The notes below the pieces were generated by a model. That model worked only from the letters and a program-made list of their open reading frames with translations, searched no databases and was not told the origin of the DNA. Position numbers and translations under genes: made by a program. Shown one piece after another: positions 27,171 through 38,762 of a stretch of DNA of 64,000 bases. Source of the stretch: an uncultured candidate division Zixibacteria bacterium (GTDB lineage: Bacteria > Zixibacteria > MSB-5A5 > UBA10806); contig CAWFQL010000009.1 of the NCBI GenBank assembly GCA_963817915.1, forward strand, positions 192,001 through 256,000, written 5' to 3'. The first letter of the stretch is position 1; each line of letters begins with the position of its first letter.

Positions 27171-29226
27171 TTACTTCAAATAAATCTTTAACTTATCGCC
27201 AGGATAGAGCTTCGTCCGATCGCTAATATTGTTCCACCGTATGATTTCATTAACCGCAACCGAGTAGATTTTGGCCAGTTTCCAGAGCGTTTCACCACGA
27301 CGAATTGTGTGCATTTTATAGTCTAAGCTGTTTGAATCATTGGAATTATCGGCAACAACGCGACTATTACTTGAAGTGGTTGATGGAACTTTCATATTCA
27401 TACCGGGATATATCGTTGCCGATGACAATCCATTGATATCTTTCAAAATTTCTATCGTAGTATTTTGCCTCATGGCGATTTTTGCCAGGCTATCCCCTCG
27501 CCTGACCCTGTAATTTACAAAGCCCTTTATCGATTTGGAGTCGTTGGAATCATCGGAGGCCGATGGTATCTTAAGCCACCGCCCGGCATAAATAGTGTTG
27601 CCGGAAAGATTGTTGATATCCCTCAATGATGACATGCTGACATTATATGCTGTCGCGATATCATAAAGGGTATCGCCATTTTTTACGAGATATCTTCCGG
27701 ATGAGTCGGTTTCGATCGGTTTAGATTTTTCCGCCTGAGCGACAACTGTCTTCCTCGACGTGGCTCCACCGGGTGGAATCGGAATAATAAGCTGTTGCCC
27801 GACAGACAGACGATGACGGCGATTAATATTATTGGCCTGAACAATCGCCGCGATGGATACACCGTACTTTCTGGCAATAGTCGATACAGTCTCGCCTCTT
27901 CTGACCTGATGCTGGGCCCAGGTTGTCTTTTCGGATTCGATTGTATTGTAAACTTGAGCAAATTTATCGGTATATCCCGGTGGAACTCTCAAGTAATATT
28001 CGGGCAGATTTGGGGGAGTTACACCTCTGAGCAGCTCTGGGTTCAATATCTCCAAATCGGAAACAGGAATACCAGTAGCATTGGAAATATTATTAAATGA
28101 CAAACATTTATCGATTTTAATTTTTTCGAATTCAAGCGGCTTTGGATAATTGGGATGGAAACCATACTTCTCAGGCTCTTTCGCGATAATAATTGCAGCC
28201 ATAAATAGAGGAACGTAGCTTCTGGTTTGACTGGGCAATTTCAATTTCCAGAAATCGCTGCTTTTCTTCCGTCTCATTTCCTTTGATATTCGTCCGGATC
28301 CCGCATTATAGGCGGCAAGCGACAGGTTCCATGAAGAGAAAGTATCGTATAGGTCCTTTAAATGACGGGCGGCAGCATCTGTCGATTTTTCGAAATCGCG
28401 TCTTTCATCGTACCACCAATTATGCTCCAGACCGTAGAGCCGTCCGGTTGATGATATAAATTGCCAGAAACCGGATGCCCTCGCGTAGGAATAAGCATTG
28501 GCCTTAAAACCCGATTCAATCAATGGCAAGTAGACGAGGTCATGAGGCAATCCCTTATCCTTGAATATTTTTTCCATCAGGGGAAGGTACTTGGCGGCGT
28601 TCTCCAGATAAGTCTCGAATTTATCACGCGCAACTGTCTGCAAGATAAGCCAGTGAATTTTCGACCTTTTCATTGTATTCAATTGGAATATCATATATGA
28701 CAGTATCGGCTTCCGCGAATGTATGATATTCCTGCGATTCTTTTAATTTCTTAAAATTCTTGAGGTCATCGAAAAGCTCTCTGAACGCAATCGTAGATGA
28801 TTCCGAGGATAGTTCTCCGGAACTCATTAATGTCAGTCTGTAATCCTGCTCAATTTCATTCAAGAGGGTTTCGAGACGAGTGGCTTGCTCCGGGCTTTCG
28901 TCAGGATCTATATCCATTTCGGAAATTACCGAAAGTGCTTGTTCATATGTAGCTTGAGCGGAATCCAATTTAGAAATTTGAAAATAACGAACACCTTTGG
29001 CGTAATAGTATTCAGCCTTATCAATCGCCTCGTCTATAAGGGCATTGTCAATTGTAGAATCGGCGGATGCAGAGGAATCGGTGGTAGCGGCAAGGCTTTG
29101 AACAGTATCCACCACCGGAGCAGCTTCCTGTGTTCTCATTAGCCGACCGGGATCGGGATGGGAACATCCAGTGAAGATTACCAAAATAAGCAATAATAAG
29201 CCCAAAGATGTCTTTCTAATTAGCAT
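27171..29226 (-). CDS. MltD-like lipoprotein lytic transglycosylase with ~4 LysM repeats; one frameshift near 28640
   Basis: Lipobox FTGC; LIESGF, GFWQF, AAYNAG; LysM repeats; ORFs 28624-29226 and 27171-28694 join as NSLAY/LQTVAR. Confidence 0.88.
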
Positions 29227-29261
29227 AACCCTATCTCTTTTAATAAGATTCCCCTAAACTG

Positions 29262-30186
29262 TCAAGCCTTTTTAAGATATTCGTCCAAAGACTTGAAAAC
29301 TTTATCATAAATTTTGATGTCATTTGGATTTAGCCATTCAACACAGGCCCTATTATTAAACCAGGTAAGCTGTCTTTTGGCATAATTTCGGCTATGCTGT
29401 TTAATTAATATTACTGCATCATCCAATGATATCTGGCCCTCAATAGCCAAAATTATCTCATAATATCCGACCACTTTCTTCAGTCTTAGAATCCCCCCCA
29501 GGCCATCGGCAAGAAGTGACTTGACTTCGCTGACCAATCCGACGTCAATCATTTTATCGACCCTGTCGTCGATCCGTTTATATAGCTCTTCTCTCGAATA
29601 TTCTAATCCCAACCATCTATATTCCCCCAACGGCTCCCTATAATTTCCATGTTTTTTCATCCAGGTCAGGGTTTTGCCGGTAGAATTATATACTTCCAAT
29701 GCCCTTATAATTCTGATTCTATCGCCAGGCGATATTTTGACGGCGGCCTCTTGATCTATCGAGGCCAGTTCATCATGCAAGACCATCAGCCCCTTTTCTT
29801 CGGCCTTTTGTTCGAGCAACTGACGATAGTCCTCATTTTTCGCGGGACCCTCGAACAAACCTTTTGTAAGCGATTCCAGATAGAGGCCGGAGCCCCCGAC
29901 TATAATTGGCAATTTCCCGCGATTCGAAAACGTCATCGATTATGGGATTCGCAAGCTCAGCGTAACGCTTGGCAGTGAAATCCTCAGTAATATCGACAAT
30001 ATCGATCAGGTGGTGTTTTACCCTCTTACGGTCGTCCAAAGTAGGCTTGGCAGTTCCGATATCGAGCCTTCTATATATCTGACGGGAATCGGCGTTGATT
30101 ATTTCGCCGTTGTATCTTTCGGCAAGCTCCATTGCGAAGATCGATTTGCCGGATCCAGTCGGACCACAGACTATAATAGCTTCCAT
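29262..30186 (-). CDS. miaA: tRNA dimethylallyltransferase; one frameshift near 29925
   Basis: GPTGSGKS, DSRQIY, IGTAKP, VGGSGLY, RNYAKRQLTWF; follows mutL. Confidence 0.92.
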
Positions 30187-30190
30187 ACCC

Positions 30191-31930
30191 TTATTTCCGC
30201 CTAAAGATTTTTTCGAGGTCTTCACGATTCAATGATATTATAGTCGGACGTCCATGAGGACAGCGATAAGGCTCATCGCATCTCAGCAATTGATCTATCA
30301 GACCCGTCATTTGAATATTGGACAGCTTCTGTCCGGCCTTGACCGCGGCTTTGCAAGCAACAGCGGCCGCAATGGCATTTTTCATTTCTCGCCCCTCTTT
30401 AACATATGCCGAATACAAGCCCAATACTTCCAATAACGCCGCCTGAGGTGAAATTTTATCCATTTCGGGAGGAGTTCCGGAAATTATTATTTCATCCACC
30501 CCGAACGCTCTTGTTTCGAACCCCGCCAATGTTAAATACTCTGAAATCCTTTCGAATGTCTCATGGTCTTCTGGATTAAGTTTTACTCTCTCTTCGAAGA
30601 GAAGTTTCTGCGCCGAGGACCCATTTTGGCTAAATGCCTTAATATATTTTTCGAATAGGATTCTCTCATGGGCCGTATGCTGGTCGATAATGACAGTACC
30701 CGATTTCATATTGGCAATTATAAATGTGTCATAGAGCTGAAATACGCCATCCAGGGGTATGTTTTTGGATTCCGGCAAAGGAGATTCCTGCCGAGTGGCG
30801 CGGCTTTGATTTGGCGGATAATTTGGTTGGATGGGCGGTTCCTGAAAATTAACTGATCGATTAAAATCCGCAGCAAACTCCTGATGCAGGCTGACAGGCG
30901 ATTCTTCTTTTTTGGGATCAAATTGAGTGCCGATACTGGCAGGTAACGCCAGCGTTTTATCAAATGCCTTCTTCAAAGTAGAAAAAATGTAACCTTCATC
31001 GGCGAAACGCACCTCGGTCTTAGCCGGATGAACATTGATATCGATGAAATTCGCATCGATATCGAGATAGACCGCCGCGAATGGATGCCTGCCGGGCGGC
31101 ATTGATCGTCCGTAAGATACAGATAATGCCCCGAAGAATGTTTTATCGATCACCGGCCTTTTATTGACGAAAAAGAAGATTTCGCTCCTGGTCGAACGAT
31201 TAGTCTCGGGTTTGGAAAGATAGCCGCCAACCTTCAATGGCCCTGATGATGCACTATCGATTTCCACGAGATTGGTGGCGATACCCTGCCCCCAAACTGC
31301 CCTGAGCCTATCTATGTAATTCTCATGAGAGGCTATCGAGTTAATTGACTGGCCATCAAAACTTACCTTAAAAGATATTTCCGGATGGGCAATAATATAT
31401 CGTCGAATAATATCAGCAATCTTCCTTCGCTCGGATGAATCAGATTTTAGAAATTTTCGGCGCGCGGGGACATTATAGAAAAGATTCCTGACAGAAATAG
31501 AGCATCCTTGTCTCGGAGGCGCGGGCCCGAGAAAGACCTGTTTACCCCCCTCGAATTTTATCGAAGTGCCTGTCTTTTCGCCGGCATACGCGGTAGATAA
31601 TTCCATGATTGATACGGAGCTTATGGATGGCATCGCCTCTCCCCTGAAACCCATCGTGAAGGTCCTCAAGAGGTCGTCCCAGCTTTTAATCTTTGATGTC
31701 GCATGGCGGTAAAATGCCAATTCCACCTGATCCTTGGGTATGCCTTCGCCATCATCGACTATAAGAATTTCTTCTTTGCCTCCGCCGACAATACTGATTT
31801 CGATATTTTTCGCCGACGCATCGATCGAATTTTCAATAAGCTCTTTTACTACCGAGGCGGGATTTTCAATTACCTCGCCCGCGGCGATTCGGTCGATCAA
31901 ACCCTCCGGCAATACTTTTATGAATTTCAT
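30191..31930 (-). CDS. mutL: DNA mismatch repair protein MutL
   Basis: IAAGEVIENPASVVKELIENSIDA, GFRGEA, DQHTAHERILFE, ACK, CPHGRP. Confidence 0.97.
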   Translation of the reverse strand: MKFIKVLPEGLIDRIAAGEVIENPASVVKELIENSIDASAKNIEISIVGGGKEEILIVDDGEGIPKDQVELAFYRHATSKIKSWDDLLRTFTMGFRGEAMPSISSVSIMELSTAYAGEKTGTSIKFEGGKQVFLGPAPPRQGCSISVRNLFYNVPARRKFLKSDSSERRKIADIIRRYIIAHPEISFKVSFDGQSINSIASHENYIDRLRAVWGQGIATNLVEIDSASSGPLKVGGYLSKPETNRSTRSEIFFFVNKRPVIDKTFFGALSVSYGRSMPPGRHPFAAVYLDIDANFIDINVHPAKTEVRFADEGYIFSTLKKAFDKTLALPASIGTQFDPKKEESPVSLHQEFAADFNRSVNFQEPPIQPNYPPNQSRATRQESPLPESKNIPLDGVFQLYDTFIIANMKSGTVIIDQHTAHERILFEKYIKAFSQNGSSAQKLLFEERVKLNPEDHETFERISEYLTLAGFETRAFGVDEIIISGTPPEMDKISPQAALLEVLGLYSAYVKEGREMKNAIAAAVACKAAVKAGQKLSNIQMTGLIDQLLRCDEPYRCPHGRPTIISLNREDLEKIFRRK

Positions 31931-31934
31931 TAAA

Positions 31935-33320
31935 TTAGAATTCTTTTCCCGCTGGAAATTGGAAGTTCTTGGGGTAAGCCTGCCCTAATCGTTTATCGAT
32001 TTCGTATTCGCCCTTATATTTTCCTTTTATGATTTTATCGATTACCCGGAAGAAACGATCAATCTCATCGATCGTATTATAAATTCCGAATGAGACTCTG
32101 ACCATTCCGGGAATGACCGATCTATCGCCATTATTGATTTGTGCCCTGAAAATCGCCGATTGCTCATCAGAGATTTTCATCAGCCTTTGAATATAAGGAT
32201 GAGCGCAGAAACAACCGTTTCTGACAGCAATGGCGCCTTCGTAGCTAAGGATAGCGGCCACAATTCCGTGATAACAGCCATCCATATTAAATGAAATTAC
32301 TCCCAGTCGATCCTGATTATCGAGCCATTTCGAGGGACCGTAAAGTTTGATTTTTTTGTATTTGGAAAATCTTTCCAAAGCGTATTTGGTCAATTCAATT
32401 TCATGCTCTTTTATTTTATCAAATCCCGCTTTATTGTAGAAATCAATTGCGGATGATAGCGCCAGCGCGCCGATAACATTGGGACTTCCGGCCTCTTCTT
32501 TATCAGGCAGATGCGCCCATTGGACATCGTCGAGAGTAACATAGCTGACTGTCCCGCCGCCTACAGAATCTGGATCGCCTTTAAGGAATCTCTCTTTTGG
32601 ACCAATCAGAACCGCGGCTCCGAATGGCGCGTACATTTTGTGTCCGGCATAGACAAGATAATCGATTGATTCTGACTCTCCCGGTCGCCCCATATCGATC
32701 CTTCTATGAGGTGCAAGCTGGGCGGCATCGACAAGTATCTCCGCGCCTGCATCATGAGCCATCGATGCCAATTCTTTTATGGGAGTGACCAATCCGGTCA
32801 CATTCGACGCGCCGGAAATAGCCACCAATTTTACCCTGCCGCCGAATTCCTTTAATTTATTTCTGTAATCATCGAGGTCGAGAAAACCATCATCATCGAT
32901 TTCGACATGAACAGTTTGTGCCACGGCTCTCCATGGGAGATCATTAGAGTGATGCTCCATAAGGCTTGTGAGTACGATATCGCCTTTTGCGAATTGCATA
33001 CGGCGGGCTATTTTATTGAGACCCTCAGTAGTATTTTTTACGAATATTGAAGTGAAATATTTTTTATCTGCGGATACGAAATCCAGGGCGTCGTCATGAG
33101 CCTTATCATAGATTTCCGTAGAGACTACGGATTTATATCCGGTGCCCCTGTGAACTGAGGAATAATAATCTTTGAATTTTTCCAGTGATTTCCAGACAGA
33201 AATCAAGGGCGGGGTCGAGGCGGCATTATCGAAATTAATATATTTCTTGCTCCGTCCACCCATAACGGGAACAGAGATATTTACGCCCGCAACTGCATTT
33301 CGAAATTCATTCTCTCGCAC
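31935..33320 (-). CDS. class V aminotransferase / SufS-like cysteine desulfurase
   Basis: FDNAAST, EHHSNDLPW, DAAQ, AGHKMY (PLP Lys), RNGCFCAHPY. Confidence 0.88.
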   Translation of the reverse strand: MRENEFRNAVAGVNISVPVMGGRSKKYINFDNAASTPPLISVWKSLEKFKDYYSSVHRGTGYKSVVSTEIYDKAHDDALDFVSADKKYFTSIFVKNTTEGLNKIARRMQFAKGDIVLTSLMEHHSNDLPWRAVAQTVHVEIDDDGFLDLDDYRNKLKEFGGRVKLVAISGASNVTGLVTPIKELASMAHDAGAEILVDAAQLAPHRRIDMGRPGESESIDYLVYAGHKMYAPFGAAVLIGPKERFLKGDPDSVGGGTVSYVTLDDVQWAHLPDKEEAGSPNVIGALALSSAIDFYNKAGFDKIKEHEIELTKYALERFSKYKKIKLYGPSKWLDNQDRLGVISFNMDGCYHGIVAAILSYEGAIAVRNGCFCAHPYIQRLMKISDEQSAIFRAQINNGDRSVIPGMVRVSFGIYNTIDEIDRFFRVIDKIIKGKYKGEYEIDKRLGQAYPKNFQFPAGKEF

Positions 33321-33353
33321 GGTGGGATATATAATTGATTAGTATGATATTAA

Positions 33354-34748
33354 TCAAGGATTTTTGGGCAGGGCGTAACGATCTATTTTCCTGTACAACG
33401 TGGATAGATCGATTCCCAGTATTTTCGCTGTCTGGCTTTTATTCCATCCGGTTTGGGCCAGAGTATAGTAGATATAGGCCTTTTCCATTGTTTCGAGATC
33501 AGGGCCAATTCCAGCGATAGTCTTATTTCCATCGGCCGAAATTTTCTGACTCATTTCGTCGGGAAGATCTACTATTTCGATTACGTCCTTTTTCGAGAGC
33601 ATAACCGCTCGTTCCAGAATATTTTCCAGTTGTCTGACATTACCCGGCCAGGAATATGATTTTAATATTTCCAAGGCATCTTTGCTCAATGATTTTTCTG
33701 GTAGGTCGAGCTTGGCGCAATGACGGCGAATAAAATGGGCGGAAAGAATATCGAGGTCTTCAGGACGTTGCCGTAATGGCGGAATATTTATCGAAAAGAC
33801 ATTCAGACGATAAAACAGGTCCGCTCTGAATGCTCCTCTATCGACCATCTCCTGAAGATTGGCATTGGTGGCGGCTATCAGGCGGACATCGGCAGTAATC
33901 GGCTTTGTCGCGCCAACTGGAGTAATCTCCTTTTCTTCCAACGCTCTCAAGAGCTTGGCTTGAATCGCCGGGCTAGTTTCGCCGATTTCATCGAGCAGAA
34001 ATGTGCCGTCGATGGCGGCCGCAAGCAGGCCGGTCTTGTCTTTGATCGCTCCCGGTGAATGAACCCTTCATATGGCCGAACAATTCCGATTCCAGAAGGC
34101 TTTCCGGCAATGCCGCGCAATTTATTGATAAAAATGGCCCCGATGACCTGCGGCTTTCCGCGTGGATTGCGCGTGCCAGAACTTCCTTGCCGGTGCCTGA
34201 TTCACCCGATATCAATACCGTAATATCCGATGATGCAGCCTTGGCGGCCAAAAGCTTCAATTCTTCTATCTGCGGCGATGTACCCAAAAATGAATTAAAT
34301 CCGGTGTAAGATTTTCTTTTAAAATTCTGTACTGTGTTTTGATTTTTTTTTGCTCGACAGCTTTTTTTACCGCGATTTTAATTTCTTCGACTTTAAAAGG
34401 TTTGGTGATATAGTCGAATGCCCCTTTTTTAAGGGCCTCAACCGCGGTATCGATTGATCCGAATGCGGTCATGACTATAATATCAAGATCGGGGTCGATT
34501 TTTTGAGCGGCGGACAGAAGCTCGAGACCCGACAATTCCGGCATCATTAGGTCAGTTATTATGAGGTCGTACTTCTGTGAGGGATCGATCTGACAGCCTT
34601 TGAGATCGTTGAGGGCGCTCTTGGCGGAGCTTTCGGATGTGACCTTATACCCTTCCTTGCCCAACATGATCTGCATGAATTCGCCCATACTGGGTTCATC
34701 ATCCACGATCATTATTCGAGGGCCTTTATGTAGTTCCTGGCTAGACAT
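33354..34748 (-). CDS. sigma-54-dependent response regulator (REC-AAA+-Fis HTH); two frameshifts
   Basis: REC (VDDE, TDLMMP), [43 protein letters not shown]; three overlapping ORF pieces. Confidence 0.9.
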
Positions 34749-34853
34749 GGTATCCTATTATTCAAATCGGTAAGTAATAGAACAAGCTTTAGGAATGGAT
34801 TTGTCCCTAGTTGTCAGGAATCCTTGAATGTTTCTCAAAACTTCATTTCAACC

Positions 34854-35020
34854 GTCTTTGCGAGGTCGCCGTAGGCGACCGAAGCAATCTGCGGGTAGCA
34901 TCCACTAGGTTGCTTCGACCGCCTGCAGCGTATTCGCAAAGACATTGTTGACTGGGCGGCAGTCGTCATCGACTGCCCCAAATAAATTCCGAAGGGGCAG
35001 CTGTTGACAGCTGCCGCCCA
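34854..35020. repeat. REP cluster: GTCTTTGCGAG...GAAGCAATC-type long palindrome plus inverted GGGCGGCAG doublet
   Basis: gtctttgcga/tcgcaaagac ends at 34854-34943; tgggcggcag (34953) pairs with ctgccgccca (35011-35020). Confidence 0.85.
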
Positions 35021-35076
35021 ATAGATTAAGCTTTAGAAGCGATTAATATAGGATTTGCAGGATTATTGGAAAAACA

Positions 35077-36471
35077 TCAGCAATGAGGCTTGCCGTTGCC
35101 ATTATTGCCATTGAATGTCTTGATCGGATATTTGCTCGAAAAACAGGCGGTGCAGAAATTATCCTTCGGGAGGGCCTGCAATTTTAACATGCCATCGAGC
35201 GAAAGATATCCCAAAGAATCGGCGCCCAGGAATTTTCTGATGGCCTCGATTGATTTATGCGAAGCTATCAACTCTTTTTTGGTGGGCATATCAATACCGT
35301 AGAAACAAGGGCTTATGATTGGCGGCGATGACAATCTCACATGAACTTCTTTTGCGCCCGCCTCGCGAAGCATGCTGACCAATTTATTTGATGTTGTTCC
35401 ACGCACCAGAGAATCATCTACCAAAACTACTTTTTTGCCCTTCACGACACCACGGATGACATTGAATTTTATTCTGACATCTAAATCGCGAATATTCTGC
35501 GCGGGCTGTATAAATGTCCTGCCAACGTAATGGTTGCGGATGAAGCCCATGTCGTATTTAATCCCTGATTCCTCGGCATACCCCAAAGCCGCGGTATTGC
35601 TGCTATCCGGCACAGAAATAACAATATCAGCATCGACCGGATGCTCTTTCGCGAGTTGACGACCGAGTCTTCTGCGAACTTTATCAACATTAATTCCATA
35701 GATCAATGAATCAGGCCTGGAGAAATAAATGAATTCAAATATGCAGAATGCGTGCTTCGATTTTTTTAGAAGATCGTAGCTTTTGAGTCCGCTCTTATCG
35801 ATCACTATAATTTCGCCGGGTTTAACATCGCGAACATATTTGGCGCCTATAATATCAAATGCGCAAGTCTCCGATGCCACAACCCATGCCGTTCCAAGTT
35901 TCCCCAATGCCAATGGTCTTACTCCGGCAGGGTCTCTTGCTACCAGGAGTTGACGCGGGGTTAAAAGCACCAGACTATATGCGCCAACTAATTTGTTCAA
36001 AGCCTCAGCCAATGCCAAATGTGTACGTGTCTTTTTGGAACGAGCCAAAAGATGCAGAATCACCTCGGTATCGGAAGATGATCTTAAAATCGATCCGGCT
36101 TTCTCCAGTTGTTTTTTTATAGCACGATAATTGGTTAGATTGCCATTATGGGCAACCGCTAGATAGCCTCGGCTGTAATTGATAACCAGTGGTTGTATAT
36201 TGGCTTCGGACGATTCGCCCGTAGTTGAATATCTATTGTGGCCGACAGCAGAATGGCCGCTTAAGGATTTTATTGTGTCTTTCGATGAGAAAACTTCATT
36301 TACAAGCCCCATACCGAGATGCGAATGAAAACCGCCATTATTGGCCGTAATAATCCCACATGACTCTTGGCCCCTATGCTGCAGTGCATATAGACCCAAA
36401 TAAGTCAACTCGGCGGCGTTCTGAGCTCCAAAAACGCCGAAGACACCGCATTTATCTTTAATCATTGCCAA
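35077..36471 (-). CDS. purF: amidophosphoribosyltransferase
   Basis: CGVFG, LQHRGQES, GHNRYST, CIFEFIYFSRPDS, VDDSLVRGTT, CTACF. Confidence 0.97.
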   Translation of the reverse strand: MAMIKDKCGVFGVFGAQNAAELTYLGLYALQHRGQESCGIITANNGGFHSHLGMGLVNEVFSSKDTIKSLSGHSAVGHNRYSTTGESSEANIQPLVINYSRGYLAVAHNGNLTNYRAIKKQLEKAGSILRSSSDTEVILHLLARSKKTRTHLALAEALNKLVGAYSLVLLTPRQLLVARDPAGVRPLALGKLGTAWVVASETCAFDIIGAKYVRDVKPGEIIVIDKSGLKSYDLLKKSKHAFCIFEFIYFSRPDSLIYGINVDKVRRRLGRQLAKEHPVDADIVISVPDSSNTAALGYAEESGIKYDMGFIRNHYVGRTFIQPAQNIRDLDVRIKFNVIRGVVKGKKVVLVDDSLVRGTTSNKLVSMLREAGAKEVHVRLSSPPIISPCFYGIDMPTKKELIASHKSIEAIRKFLGADSLGYLSLDGMLKLQALPKDNFCTACFSSKYPIKTFNGNNGNGKPHC

Positions 36472-36546
36472 AATCCAAGTTAAAAACTACATCACGATCA
36501 GCCGATAACCATAATACGGGCCGGTCTTAATCATCTTAACTTGCGA

Positions 36547-36582
36547 ATCATATTGACGGTTTCGGCCGCTGTCAAGTATAAT
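36547..36582. promoter_or_regulatory. overlapping divergent sigma70 promoters (purF and the HisKA protein)
   Basis: Minus: TTGACA-N17-TATGAT; plus: TTGACG-N18-TATAAT. Confidence 0.65.
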
Positions 36583-36600
36583 ATCCCGAAAGGTATATTA

Positions 36601-37770
36601 ATGGTGAAATTGCCTGATTTTAAAATAATAGAGACTCTTACAATACTAAATTCAGTCGGTAAAGCCCAGTTGAATGACCTTGGCAACGCCTGCGCCGATG
36701 CTATCTTTGCAGTATCTAACCCATTGGCAGTTCAAGTGTTAATAAAGATTCCAGGGCTTGATATCGAAACAACAACACGAGGCAACCAGATAGACGTTTC
36801 AGTGTTATCAGAATTTATTAAATCGCATTTCTATGACAGTTTTGATAAAGAAAGTAAAATCCCCTATTTCGCTGAGATGTCTCTGGATGACGGCAGGACA
36901 ATAACATTCTCAAGAATCAAATATATCGGAATCCCGGTTGCCATTATTTCGGTGCTTTCAGACTACACGGAAAATAACATATTCCCTTCCTCAGAATGTC
37001 TGCGATATTGCTCATCTCAATTGAATAGCAGAATCGGATTCATGCTCTCCCAGGAAAATCCGTTTTCATCGGAGATAACCGCTCGACGGCTTTTTAAGGA
37101 GTTGGATTCGGAGCATGTCAGGGCTGTCACAATCAACGCTATCGCAAATGACTATTCTAAATGGATTTCAGTCTTCAGAAAAGATGGCAAGATACTTAGT
37201 AATCGATTGGAATCATCGAATGTCCTTCCGAAAGACATAAAATCTGCTGAAAATATCGATGACAAAACTATTGAAGTTTTGTGGCCCGGTATGGGACTCA
37301 TCGGAGGAATTTGGGTTATCGATAATCGCGGTCGGGCGATTGCAGTCGGGCTCGATGATAAACGTTTGCAAGGCGACAAATTTCGTTCGAGAGTCAAAGA
37401 AAATATAGAAAGTATATCTGCTTTCGATGCTGAACAACTCGCCAGATCGCTCGATCGATTAAGAACCGATTTCAAAAAATTGGTTCAGGCCGAACGGGCC
37501 GCGGCAATTACCGAAACAGCAATATCGCTTAATCATGAAATAAATAATCCGCTCACCGCGATTTTAGGCAATATTCAACTGATGCTCATGAACAAGGCGA
37601 AACTCCCCGAAGAAGTTGTTAACAAACTTACGACTATTGAATCATCAGCTCTGAAAATCCGCGAAACCACCAGCAAACTGATGTCGATTATCGAGCCGGT
37701 CACGACCCCATACGCGTCCGGCCTTGAAATGATCGATATCGAAAAAAGCAAAAAGAAGAAGCCTGAGTAA
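36601..37770 (+). CDS. protein with a C-terminal HisKA phosphoacceptor and no HATPase domain
   Basis: SLNHEINNPLTAILG H-box; ends ~75 aa later with no N/G boxes. Confidence 0.8.
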   Translation: MVKLPDFKIIETLTILNSVGKAQLNDLGNACADAIFAVSNPLAVQVLIKIPGLDIETTTRGNQIDVSVLSEFIKSHFYDSFDKESKIPYFAEMSLDDGRTITFSRIKYIGIPVAIISVLSDYTENNIFPSSECLRYCSSQLNSRIGFMLSQENPFSSEITARRLFKELDSEHVRAVTINAIANDYSKWISVFRKDGKILSNRLESSNVLPKDIKSAENIDDKTIEVLWPGMGLIGGIWVIDNRGRAIAVGLDDKRLQGDKFRSRVKENIESISAFDAEQLARSLDRLRTDFKKLVQAERAAAITETAISLNHEINNPLTAILGNIQLMLMNKAKLPEEVVNKLTTIESSALKIRETTSKLMSIIEPVTTPYASGLEMIDIEKSKKKKPE

Positions 37771-37892
37771 TCCCTTTATACTTGCAAATTATTATCGTTA
37801 AATATTTTTCATCTCAAAATTCCATGTTAATCATTTCACTTGATGTTATGAAAATTATTAACTAAATTCCCCCCCATTATGAAGGAGGCGGT

Positions 37893-38738
37893 TTGGGAAT
37901 TCTGACATTCATGGCAAGAAGATTTATCGCCGGCGAGACCAAAGAGCAAGCGTTCGAGGCTGTAAGAAAACTAAATGGCCTTGGAATGAAGGCAAGTCTC
38001 GATATCTTGGGCGAGAATGTTTCATCTAAGGAAATGGCGCGCAACTTAGCGGATTTATATATCGATATATTAAATTCTATAGCAGATCAAAAGATCACGG
38101 CCAATGTATCGGTAAAATTGACGCAGATGGGGCTCGATGTTTCCGATGATTTCTGCTTTGAAAACGTGAGCCGTATAATAGAAACTGCCAAAAGCCATAA
38201 TAATTTCGTCCGAATCGATATGGAAGGCTCGAATTATACAGATCGCACGCTGAATTTGGTTCACCGCTGGGCCGAAAAGTACGATAATATCGGGACTGTA
38301 ATTCAAGCGTCGCTTTATCGTTCGGCACGAGATGTTGATGAGCTGATGCGAAGAAAAATCAAGGTTCGTTTGTGTAAGGGAGCTTATAAAGAACCCGCGG
38401 CCGTGGCATTTCAGAAGAAAGATGACGTTAATTCCAATTATATTTTATTAATGAAAAAGCTTTTAGACAGCGGTCTATTCCACTCAATCGCGACGCACGA
38501 TGACGCCATGATTACCGCTACATGCGAGTACGCAAAAGAAAAGGGAATAGAAAAAGGAAAATACGAATTCCAAATGCTGTACGGTATAAATCGCTCAGGT
38601 CAGCTGCAGCTTATCAAAGATGGGTATAAGATGCTGATCTATGTGCCATTCGGTACACATTGGTTCCCATATTATTATAGAAGAATGCGGGAACGAAAAG
38701 AAAACCTGCTCTTTGTAGTTAAGCATATATTCAATTAA
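37893..38738 (+). CDS. monofunctional proline dehydrogenase
   Basis: RRFIAGE, SVKLTQMG, RIDME, RLCKGAYKE, ATHD, FQMLYG, YVPFG, RRMRER. Confidence 0.93.
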   Translation: MGILTFMARRFIAGETKEQAFEAVRKLNGLGMKASLDILGENVSSKEMARNLADLYIDILNSIADQKITANVSVKLTQMGLDVSDDFCFENVSRIIETAKSHNNFVRIDMEGSNYTDRTLNLVHRWAEKYDNIGTVIQASLYRSARDVDELMRRKIKVRLCKGAYKEPAAVAFQKKDDVNSNYILLMKKLLDSGLFHSIATHDDAMITATCEYAKEKGIEKGKYEFQMLYGINRSGQLQLIKDGYKMLIYVPFGTHWFPYYYRRMRERKENLLFVVKHIFN

Positions 38739-38762
38739 TAAAATCCGTATTTAGATTATAAT

